A DNA stretch of 64,000 nt from a virus. Taxonomy: Duplodnaviria; Heunggongvirae; Uroviricota; Caudoviricetes. Positions within the stretch are counted from its first letter, which is position 1; each line of letters begins with the position of its first letter. The DNA is taken from the IMG/VR virus record IMGVR_UViG_3300009180_000026. One strand, 5' to 3'. A program made the position numbers and the translations under genes. Shown piece by piece: positions 38,979 to 46,558 of the stretch. The notes under the pieces were generated by a model. It worked only from the letters and a program-made list of their open reading frames with translations, did no database searches and was not told where the DNA came from.

Positions 38979-39356
38979 CTATATTATGCCATCCTTTTCC
39001 TTATAGGAGATCATAAGAATGTTTATAAAAAACAACCCTATAACAAACTCTTGTCTCATATATTCATTCTCTTCTATTTCAATAAAAGACATTCCTATAT
39101 AATAGAAAGGATTGTCATATCCCTTAATTTCAAATATAACATCTATCTTAACAGAATCTCTGATTCCATAAACTATTGATACAATAGCCATCAGTAACAT
39201 AAACACTAAAACACTTTCCATAAACATTACATTGATATATAAAGGAACCTCTTGTTCACTACCCCACCCATCACACCCCAAAGTTACAGGTGTTTTATAA
39301 TACCAACCAAATCTTTTTTTTTCTGGGCATGTTCCACGTGAAACAAGGGCCCCCAT
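38979..39356 (-). CDS. membrane protein (125 aa; may start at the internal MFMESV, about 82 aa)
   Basis: TM segment VLVFMLLMAIVSIVYG. The N-terminal 40 codons overlap the GC-rich repeat region, so the true start is uncertain. Confidence 0.3.
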   Translation of the reverse strand: MGALVSRGTCPEKKRFGWYYKTPVTLGCDGWGSEQEVPLYINVMFMESVLVFMLLMAIVSIVYGIRDSVKIDVIFEIKGYDNPFYYIGMSFIEIEENEYMRQEFVIGLFFINILMISYKEKDGII

Positions 39357-39546
39357 ATAGAAACAAAATTTTATATGTGCCCCCTACCATTGTGTTCAGA
39401 AAAATTTTTATATTGATGGGAGTTGAGACTACTTCCTATTGATACCCCTCATATAAATTGCAATGTTGGGTGTAGGCCCCTAACATTGTCTTAATTGGAA
39501 AAGAATTTCCAATTATGTTATTTACTCACTTTTAAATTTTATCACA
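39347..39546. promoter_or_regulatory. divergent control region with GC-rich direct and inverted repeats
   Basis: GCCCCCTACCATTGTGTT (39379-39397) and GCCCCTAACATTGTCTT (39475-39491) are direct repeats. CCCCCATATAG and CCCCTCATATAAA are repeated. The inverted repeat CAATGTTGGG-tgtagg-CCCCTAACATTG is present. The two strands diverge here. Confidence 0.5.
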
Positions 39547-39990
39547 ATGCCTGTAACAATGTTCAAAAAAGCAAAAGAACGTAAACAACAAACCGATTTG
39601 TCTGAAAAGTCCGTAGGGACTGTTCGAAAACTCGGTGGTGCAGGTGCCTCTGTATCTTACAATCGTAAGAACTTCAAAGGCACAAGCAGAGTAAGTATCG
39701 AACTCACCAAGAAAAATGGTGATTTCTGCTACTTAAATTGTTCAACTCAATTATCAGCAATGCTTCGCAATGGTGAAATTAGAATTGGACAATTACTTGG
39801 TTTCGAAGTAATCGAAGGTGAATCAGAAAACAAGGACCCAAAGAGTCCTAATTTTGGCAAAATGGAAACCATTTGGACTATTGCTTTACCTGCCACAGGA
39901 GGCAAAGTTACAACCAACATTGATGATGTCGAAGAGGAAGACTTCGATGCATCAACTGATTGGTTGCCTGAAGATTTGGCTGTTATCTAA
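39547..39990 (+). CDS. early protein (147 aa) with an acidic C-terminal tail; possible ssDNA-binding protein
   Basis: First gene of the plus arm. C-terminal DDVEEEDFDASTDWLPEDL tail. Confidence 0.4.
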   Translation: MPVTMFKKAKERKQQTDLSEKSVGTVRKLGGAGASVSYNRKNFKGTSRVSIELTKKNGDFCYLNCSTQLSAMLRNGEIRIGQLLGFEVIEGESENKDPKSPNFGKMETIWTIALPATGGKVTTNIDDVEEEDFDASTDWLPEDLAVI

Positions 39991-40145
39991 CAGCAATCTT
40001 CACAAGAGAGCAGAGTTTAATCAACTCTGTTCTCTTTTTATTATATATACAGTCATTCCGAATATAAGAAACAAAAATCAACACATATATATAGTGAAAT
40101 GATGTGGTGTAAGACCCTTGTTGGAAATAAATCATTAATTAACAA

Positions 40146-40370
40146 ATGCCTAAAAACAATAATGCAAGGCATACATATAGCAATAATATGACTACAGTAA
40201 CAAATTATACAGAACAACTTATACATGATATCAAGATGGATATACATGTTATTAAATCTTCTTCTACTACAGATGAGGATATTGTTAATGAATTGCAGTA
40301 TATACATATTGCTTCACAGAACTTGCAAAGAAAAGTAGAACAACTTATTAATGAATTAAGGAGCCTGTAA
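40146..40370 (+). CDS. small protein (74 aa)
   Basis: ORF. Confidence 0.35.
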   Translation: MPKNNNARHTYSNNMTTVTNYTEQLIHDIKMDIHVIKSSSTTDEDIVNELQYIHIASQNLQRKVEQLINELRSL

Positions 40371-40459
40371 TAGGGCTCTTTTCTGTCTATGGACTATTGT
40401 TCATACTGATGATTGGTGTAATTGAGCACCGAAACAGAATAAATTAATTAAAAAACTAA

Positions 40460-40783
40460 TTGGTTATGCAAACAATTAAAGAAGCAACTATTATCGAGGG
40501 TAAACTATGTAGATTCCTTGATGGGTATGTTAAGGAGTTTAGAGAAACTGGTCAGGGATTTGAAGAGTTTCCTGATGAAGCAATATTATATTCTTTATTA
40601 GAGTATTCTAGATTTCCAAGGCCTTTTACTAATAAGGAAAGAATCATATACATACACGATAAGTGTTTAGAATATATGAATATTCCTCATTATAGTGTAA
40701 ATGTAAACTTTGATGATTGGGATTATTTCTACATAATAGTAAACGGAAAATGTAAACAAACTAAAATTATAAAAAATGGGTAA
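40460..40783 (+). CDS. hypothetical protein (107 aa)
   Basis: ORF. Confidence 0.4.
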   Translation: MVMQTIKEATIIEGKLCRFLDGYVKEFRETGQGFEEFPDEAILYSLLEYSRFPRPFTNKERIIYIHDKCLEYMNIPHYSVNVNFDDWDYFYIIVNGKCKQTKIIKNG

Positions 40784-41018
40784 ATTTAGAGACCAAGGAG
40801 ACCCTTCATTAGTGTTAATGGAGGAAATGGCTGAAGCAATACAGGTTATTGCTAAAAAGCATAGATTTGAGAGTGAATGGAACGCTGTTCCTCAAGATAA
40901 AACAGAAACTAGATGGGAAATGTTACAGGCAGAAATGGCTGATGTGTTCTATCAATGGTTTCGTCTTAAGGAACAAATGATGGGTAAACTCATCATAATG
41001 GAGGAAGATGAATTTTAA
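40776..41018 (+). CDS. MazG-like NTP pyrophosphohydrolase candidate (80 aa)
   Basis: EExxE...ExxD pattern (LMEEMAEAIQ ... LQAEMADVF) with all-alpha composition. Confidence 0.3.
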   Translation: MGKFRDQGDPSLVLMEEMAEAIQVIAKKHRFESEWNAVPQDKTETRWEMLQAEMADVFYQWFRLKEQMMGKLIIMEEDEF

Positions 41019-41117
41019 TCACATTTCCTTAATGCAACAGGTGTAATATATCTCTGTTAGGGATAACAGTAATTAGCTACCCATATAAGGAGTGTAGAGT
41101 TAGCGTATTACATCTGT

Positions 41118-41510
41118 ATGCATATAGGAACAAAACAATTACACACATTAAAAATAATAGTTATGCCAAAGAGCACAAAAACATTCAGAGAATTGCTTGA
41201 ACAATACAAAGTGACAGCAAATTATTCAATTGATTCAAATCTTGTCTATCCTATGGATATAGGAACTAAATTTGGATTTCACGGTTATATTCCTGAGGAA
41301 GATGTAAAAACATTTGTTAACAAGATATCTTACCTGTTAGATGAGAATTTAGAAAAGAGAGTTTCAAGTGCATGTATTGCTAACAAATATGCAATACCAT
41401 TTATGCAAGTGGGACACATGCGTACAATAAAAACGTTTTTCTACTATCAACACGATGGTAAAACGTGGTTGATATCTTTTGAAGAAGAATCAACAGATTA
41501 TTTAGGATAA
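41118..41510 (+). CDS. hypothetical protein (130 aa)
   Basis: ORF. Confidence 0.4.
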   Translation: MHIGTKQLHTLKIIVMPKSTKTFRELLEQYKVTANYSIDSNLVYPMDIGTKFGFHGYIPEEDVKTFVNKISYLLDENLEKRVSSACIANKYAIPFMQVGHMRTIKTFFYYQHDGKTWLISFEEESTDYLG

Positions 41511-41674
41511 AAAACATTGGCCAATAAATAGACAGTGCAATCATAATGTGGCACATTACACGCGAGATGTATTCCGTAGAGCTCATATGCTCATTTATTT
41601 TAATATGCATCAGTAAATGTTCAAGGTAGAACCTTGCTGTCTTATTTTTATTCAATCAATTAAATTTAAAACAA

Positions 41675-41905
41675 ATGAAATATTTTGCTTATGGATGTGT
41701 AGTCATCCAATGTGAAGACAATATGCCTCTTGAAGAAATAGTGGCAAGAATGAGAAGTGCTGTTAATGGTAATACCACTTTACCAATCACAATAATGATT
41801 GAAGATATGGAAATGGTAGATGAGATAGATTATAAAGAATATTTAGAAGACCTTGATAAAAATTTGAATTGGGGTCATTTTGAAGGAAATAACACAGGAG
41901 GGTAA
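41675..41905 (+). CDS. small acidic protein (76 aa)
   Basis: ORF. Confidence 0.35.
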   Translation: MKYFAYGCVVIQCEDNMPLEEIVARMRSAVNGNTTLPITIMIEDMEMVDEIDYKEYLEDLDKNLNWGHFEGNNTGG

Positions 41906-41936
41906 ACAATAATTTAAAAAATAAAACAAATCACAC

Positions 41937-42407
41937 ATGAAACAAAAAACGTTATTAGCAGAGTTTAACAACGAAGAAACAGTTGTATTAAACAAATTAG
42001 TTAGAGGTAAAGTAGTTATTGTTAACAAACAGACAGGTGCATATAGTATGCATCGTGTTGCAAAGTTTGCAACTATTGAGGAAGGATTTAATCCTGAAGA
42101 GTATGTTATATTGCATAAATATAATGATACATTAGGATTTGCATCTGATAAGGACAAAGACGCCTATCACATCAAGAGGATATATAAGGAGCAATTAGAA
42201 GCAGGAGTTGCTATTGATAGACCTTATAGAGCAGGTGATAAAATACACCTTAAATCTAAAGATGGAATATATCAAATAGTTGGTATTAGAGATGGTGTTG
42301 TCACAGTTACTTGTAACAAATGGCAAAATGATTCTATTCCTAACAGAATGTTCCTTGAGAAAGACATTAAGTGTCTTGCAGGTGGATTTTATAATTTACA
42401 TAAATAG
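41937..42407 (+). CDS. hypothetical protein (156 aa)
   Basis: ORF. Confidence 0.4.
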   Translation: MKQKTLLAEFNNEETVVLNKLVRGKVVIVNKQTGAYSMHRVAKFATIEEGFNPEEYVILHKYNDTLGFASDKDKDAYHIKRIYKEQLEAGVAIDRPYRAGDKIHLKSKDGIYQIVGIRDGVVTVTCNKWQNDSIPNRMFLEKDIKCLAGGFYNLHK

Positions 42408-42484
42408 GGTTGGATAATACATACGCCTGATATTTCTATATCGGGCTCTTTTATTTTATTTTACAATTAAATAATTTCACACAC

Positions 42485-42865
42485 ATGAAAAATTTAGAAC
42501 AAATCTTAGACAAATTAAAGCCTTCATTTATTGAAGCATTAGATGAACAATTATTGTTATATACAACTATTGGTTCAGCACCAAACGAAAGTCCTATGTG
42601 GATTCAACTTAATCCAATGAGGTCTAATGATGATAAGTTAGTGTTTCAAAACTCTCAGAAGAGTCAAATATCATTTATGATAGATTGTCCAGTGGAAGAT
42701 AAAAGATTCCTCATCACTGAATATATGGATGCATATGATTATTTTAAATATGTAAAATACATCCACATCAGACAACACCATCGAAAAGTGTGGGATGAAT
42801 TAGCCACAGGAATTAATGGCAATAGAATAATCAACTTTCTTTTATCTTATAAACTTGTAGCATAA
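42485..42865 (+). CDS. hypothetical protein (126 aa)
   Basis: ORF. Confidence 0.4.
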   Translation: MKNLEQILDKLKPSFIEALDEQLLLYTTIGSAPNESPMWIQLNPMRSNDDKLVFQNSQKSQISFMIDCPVEDKRFLITEYMDAYDYFKYVKYIHIRQHHRKVWDELATGINGNRIINFLLSYKLVA

Positions 42866-43059
42866 TGAAAAAACTATTAGCATTTATTACATTAGCAATC
42901 CTACCATTCATTTTGGTATGGGTTGCTTTCTTTTTGACAGCATTCAGTTTTGATGCTGTTACAGTCTTCCAAGGAGGAAGTTTTTGGTTTTTCTCTGTCA
43001 TATATTGGTTTATATTCTTATGTATGATTGGACCATTATTAGATGAATTTATCGATTAA
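42865..43059 (+). CDS. small membrane protein (64 aa, two TM segments)
   Basis: LAFITLAILPFILVWVAFFLTAFSF and FWFFSVIYWFIFLCMIGPLL hydrophobic segments. Confidence 0.4.
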   Translation: MKKLLAFITLAILPFILVWVAFFLTAFSFDAVTVFQGGSFWFFSVIYWFIFLCMIGPLLDEFID

Positions 43060-43090
43060 CACACATTAAAAACAATTTAAATTAAAACAA

Positions 43091-43435
43091 ATGAAATTAA
43101 TATTTGAGAAGTGCTCTTCAGGAGGATTAGTTCTATACATACATTGTATTTCAGCAAAACAACAACATATAGTGGGTGAAAGATTGTTTCAACATAGTGA
43201 GTACACCACTAAATGGGATGCACTGTGTGATGAGTGGATTGAGAAAAAGTGGTTCAAGTTTGTGAACAAGGAAGAACTTGTAGGACGTGATGGTGTAATC
43301 ACCTGTTTAACGTTCGTTGATGGAAGAAATGACGACCTTATTAAAGAGTTGTCAAAGTATTTCGAAGATGAATATGTATGTGGAGGTTATTATAATATAA
43401 AATATCAATCATTTAAAACTGAAGAAGATGACTAA
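43091..43435 (+). CDS. hypothetical protein (114 aa)
   Basis: ORF. Confidence 0.4.
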   Translation: MKLIFEKCSSGGLVLYIHCISAKQQHIVGERLFQHSEYTTKWDALCDEWIEKKWFKFVNKEELVGRDGVITCLTFVDGRNDDLIKELSKYFEDEYVCGGYYNIKYQSFKTEEDD

Positions 43436-43655
43436 AGAACAAGCACAAAGAGACACAATTAAAAGGTTTACCAACTTAATAGATGGTAAAGTGTTACCAT
43501 TTGCATCTGTAGCAACAATTCTAAACTATTATGAATTGTTGTTAGCTGATGTTAAAGTGGATTTACTATTTAACGATGGTATTACACAAAACTTTAACGA
43601 AGAGTGTATTAAAGAAATGGAAAATGAAGCTGATAATTATAATGGAGATTATTAA
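43428..43655 (+). CDS. small protein (75 aa)
   Basis: ORF. Confidence 0.35.
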   Translation: MTKEQAQRDTIKRFTNLIDGKVLPFASVATILNYYELLLADVKVDLLFNDGITQNFNEECIKEMENEADNYNGDY

Positions 43656-43673
43656 ACAATTAAATTAACACAC

Positions 43674-44312
43674 ATGAATCAAAAAATTCAATGCCTAATT
43701 GATGGAGGCTTTATTACCATCGAAGATATTAGAGAATACACTCAACAGTATATGGATGGTGTAGACCAATATGATGATGAGCAGATAGATAAATATTATG
43801 CTGAACAGTATGGTGATAATAATATTCCTGATGTTAATTGTGGAGAATGGGAATGTGGTGCAGGAACATTACATCCTTCTACTATGCAAGAATGTGATTG
43901 TTTCAAGTATGAAAATGATGAGCAATATGCTGAAGAGCAATCACGTTTATTAGATGAAGAAGAAAGAATGCTTGAAGATTTTTATGGACAGGAAGAACAG
44001 GAAGAGTATGACTATCCATTTGATTTAAGTGATAATCGTTCTGATGATCCTGAATATATAATTGCTTCTACATCATATAGAATGGAAGAAACATATATAT
44101 TTGAGGCTAATGAGAAAGGAGAAATTCTTAACTATGGTGAATATGGTGGATTATGTGAAAGACATGGTGACAAAGATTGGAACAATAGACGTCTTACTGT
44201 TGAATCAGTGTTTCCAGGTAAGTATGAACTTTTCAAGGATTTTGGTGCAATTGATGATGAAGCAAATGTATTTCATTCACTTTATAAAAAAATTACAAAT
44301 GAAAAGAATTAA
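43674..44312 (+). CDS. highly acidic protein (212 aa); DNA-mimic / anti-restriction candidate
   Basis: Extreme D/E content with Y/F interspersed (EEQSRLLDEEERMLEDFYGQEEQEEYDYPFDLSD...). Confidence 0.45.
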   Translation: MNQKIQCLIDGGFITIEDIREYTQQYMDGVDQYDDEQIDKYYAEQYGDNNIPDVNCGEWECGAGTLHPSTMQECDCFKYENDEQYAEEQSRLLDEEERMLEDFYGQEEQEEYDYPFDLSDNRSDDPEYIIASTSYRMEETYIFEANEKGEILNYGEYGGLCERHGDKDWNNRRLTVESVFPGKYELFKDFGAIDDEANVFHSLYKKITNEKN

Positions 44313-44484
44313 CTTCTTAATTGCTATGAGCATAATGATGTTTTTAGCAACAACAACAATCATTATATTAGCATTATGTGTTCTTCCTGCTACAGGAGGA
44401 ATGTTAATGATGATTTGTATGATGTCAGCAATGGGCTATTTAGCATCTTATATGTATTATCTAACCTATAAACAATCAAAATGA
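44299..44484 (+). CDS. small membrane protein (61 aa)
   Basis: Manual start at ATG 44299 (MKRINFLIAMSIMMFLATTTIIILALCVLPATGGMLMMICMMSAMGYLASYMYY). The tracked 140-aa ORF is a read-through of the same frame upstream. Confidence 0.35.
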   Translation: MKRINFLIAMSIMMFLATTTIIILALCVLPATGGMLMMICMMSAMGYLASYMYYLTYKQSK

Positions 44485-44642
44485 AACAAGTAGAAAAGTT
44501 TTTAGCAGGTTTTGTAATAGGAGGATTGATGGCTATGTTAATATATGCCTTCACATCATGTACACCTAAATATGGGTGTGGTAATGGACACAAAAGACAA
44601 TCCTGGGAAAAAATGACCAGACGTATTAATTCATTCAACTAA
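44481..44642 (+). CDS. small membrane protein (53 aa)
   Basis: Manual translation MKQVEKFLAGFVIGGLMAMLIYAFTSCTPKYGCGNGHKRQSW... ATGA overlap with the preceding gene. Confidence 0.3.
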   Translation: MKQVEKFLAGFVIGGLMAMLIYAFTSCTPKYGCGNGHKRQSWEKMTRRINSFN

Positions 44643-44652
44643 AACATAATGT

Positions 44653-45156
44653 ATGCATCAGATTGTTAAATTAACATTCAAAAATTACATTCCCACTGAA
44701 TTAGAGGTGGGGATGTTCTTTCTCTCTTACATAGGAGAAGAAACAAGTGTGTTTGAATTAAAAAAGCTTCCTTTTGATGAAGGAGCATTTATAGAAAAAT
44801 ATGGTTATCCTGTTCAACCGTTCCTAATAGATGAAGGTAACCCCAACATTGAGAATGATGTTGTTATATATGCAGGTGGTGGTGAAATTGGATGGTTTGA
44901 TTATGATCCTGATGGTGATGATTATAGAGACATCACTGTTAATGATATGAACAACATAATTAACAATTATGATTGCGAATGTCTGATTGAAATGGATGAA
45001 TACCATATTGATGATGATGAAACTCATGAACCATATGTGTTATATCGTCCTATATATATAGAAGATAAAGTCATTATTTCTCTGTATAATGAGGATGATG
45101 AGTGGGATGAAGACCATTTTTATAACCTAAATGATGAAGACCATGAAGAAGCTTAG
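44653..45156 (+). CDS. highly acidic protein (167 aa); DNA-mimic candidate
   Basis: C-terminal half DYDPDGDDYRD...EMDEYHIDDDETHEP...NEDDEWDEDHFYNLNDEDHEEA. Confidence 0.45.
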   Translation: MHQIVKLTFKNYIPTELEVGMFFLSYIGEETSVFELKKLPFDEGAFIEKYGYPVQPFLIDEGNPNIENDVVIYAGGGEIGWFDYDPDGDDYRDITVNDMNNIINNYDCECLIEMDEYHIDDDETHEPYVLYRPIYIEDKVIISLYNEDDEWDEDHFYNLNDEDHEEA

Positions 45157-45311
45157 AAGATTAATATTTGGTGTACGAGCACAACCTGTTGATTCAGTCT
45201 CAACAGGAATAAGAACCTTGCATTTTGACAGACCACCATTTAATGAATGGTGTAAGCAATTAAATGTTAGTATTCGTTACCAAAGAACATAATTATTGTG
45301 TGTGAACAATT

Positions 45312-45345
45312 AGCCCCTTAACAGCAATGTTGGGGGCTTTTTAAA
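45312..45345 (+). terminator. rho-independent terminator
   Basis: AGCCCCT-taacagcaatgtt-GGGGGCT stem followed by TTTTT. The hairpin sequence is related to the 39.4-kb repeats (CCCCTAACA / CAATGTTGGG). Confidence 0.5.
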
Positions 45346-45354
45346 TCTTAAAAC

Positions 45355-45915
45355 ATGACATCAGAAAGAAAAAAGACATATGAACATGCATTTAATAAGA
45401 AAAGATGCAGAGAATTCTTATTTAGTCTATTTGCTGATAAACATCTTGATGGTCTAATAGGACTTGCTGGTCCAGATATAAATCAATACATTAATTGGTG
45501 CAAACAAAAGGGATATAATGACTTAGAACTTTGGGAGAATACACCTGAGGTGTTATTCAATCAGATGAAAGACATTAATAGTTCCGTGGTATTAAAGTAT
45601 GGTGATATATTAAACACCAACATAAAACCAAATGTATTATACGATCTTGACTATTGTGTCACCATTAAGTATATGAGTGAGCATTTAAAGAGATTTAAGG
45701 ACAATTTCATTATGACATTCTCATTGAGATTTGGTGAGAATGAAACAATAAATACGTTTTTTAAGGATAGACGTGAGAAAATTATGTCTGTCACACATAA
45801 ATATGCTCCATATGTTCCTGTTGAGCACACAGTATATACAACAACAGGTGGAGATTATATATATGTTAAATATTTTGACACATCTACAATGTGTTGTTTT
45901 GCAAAAATCAATTAA
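45355..45915 (+). CDS. hypothetical protein (186 aa)
   Basis: ORF after a terminator. Confidence 0.4.
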   Translation: MTSERKKTYEHAFNKKRCREFLFSLFADKHLDGLIGLAGPDINQYINWCKQKGYNDLELWENTPEVLFNQMKDINSSVVLKYGDILNTNIKPNVLYDLDYCVTIKYMSEHLKRFKDNFIMTFSLRFGENETINTFFKDRREKIMSVTHKYAPYVPVEHTVYTTTGGDYIYVKYFDTSTMCCFAKIN

Positions 45916-45934
45916 ACCAATTAAAAACAAAAAC

Positions 45935-46306
45935 ATGAAAAAAGCAGTAAATTTTTATTCAACAGAAGAATTAGAAGCATTAAGAGCTGAAGTTTTATCT
46001 AACAAAAGACCTTGCGATATAGTTAGAAACTATCCTGAAAAATGGAATAGACCAACTCAAGGATTGTATGTAAAGATTAATGATTTGCGTAAAGAAGCAA
46101 ACTTAGCTAGAGTTCCTGCTAAACAAAGTAAGAAAGTTAAAGAAGTTAAAATCTCTAAGAAAGTAGGAAGACCAAGAAAAGATGCTGTTATAAACACATC
46201 AAAGGCAACAGTTGAGAATGGTGTAGTGCTACCATCAGGATTTGTATTTGATTTTGCACCAAAGAGAGCAGAAATGCATTCAGATCACGTTCGTTTATTC
46301 TTTTAA
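45935..46306 (+). CDS. basic DNA-binding-like protein (123 aa) with an AT-hook-like GRPRK
   Basis: Manual start MKKAVNFYST. KKVGRPRKDA motif. The tracked longer ORF begins upstream, inside the previous gene. Confidence 0.4.
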   Translation: MKKAVNFYSTEELEALRAEVLSNKRPCDIVRNYPEKWNRPTQGLYVKINDLRKEANLARVPAKQSKKVKEVKISKKVGRPRKDAVINTSKATVENGVVLPSGFVFDFAPKRAEMHSDHVRLFF

Positions 46307-46327
46307 TCACAATAAAAAACCACACAC

Positions 46328-46555
46328 ATGCGCAACAGAGCAACAATGCCTAAAGCAACAATGATTTGGTCATCAATGGACCACGAAAGAAGCAACATTT
46401 TAGTATTAGACAATACAAATGCTGCAACAAGATTGTTTCACAAGATATTTTCTGAAACAGAAAAGAACAGACTTACAATAACCAAGAACAAGTATTTTTA
46501 TGCTCCTTCAGAGGAATATAAGAACCATGTTATCAGAATAAAAAATATTAGATAA
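46328..46555 (+). CDS. small protein (75 aa)
   Basis: ORF. Confidence 0.35.
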   Translation: MRNRATMPKATMIWSSMDHERSNILVLDNTNAATRLFHKIFSETEKNRLTITKNKYFYAPSEEYKNHVIRIKNIR

Positions 46556-46558
46556 GTT

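Noticed and set aside
38922-39179. 85-aa plus-strand ORF
   Set aside because: It overlaps the minus-strand membrane-protein gene and lies upstream of the divergent promoter region, so it is probably spurious.
41058-41073. TAGGGATAACAGTAAT: a 12-nt exact match to the 23S-rRNA / I-SceI recognition core, missing the GG
   Set aside because: A single 12-mer with a 2-bp deletion relative to the full 18-bp site. No homing endonuclease ORF or rRNA context nearby. Most likely chance.
44062-44484. Tracked 140-aa ORF
   Set aside because: It runs in a different frame from the 212-aa acidic protein and overlaps it for 240 nt. The parsimonious gene is the 61-aa membrane protein starting at ATG 44299.
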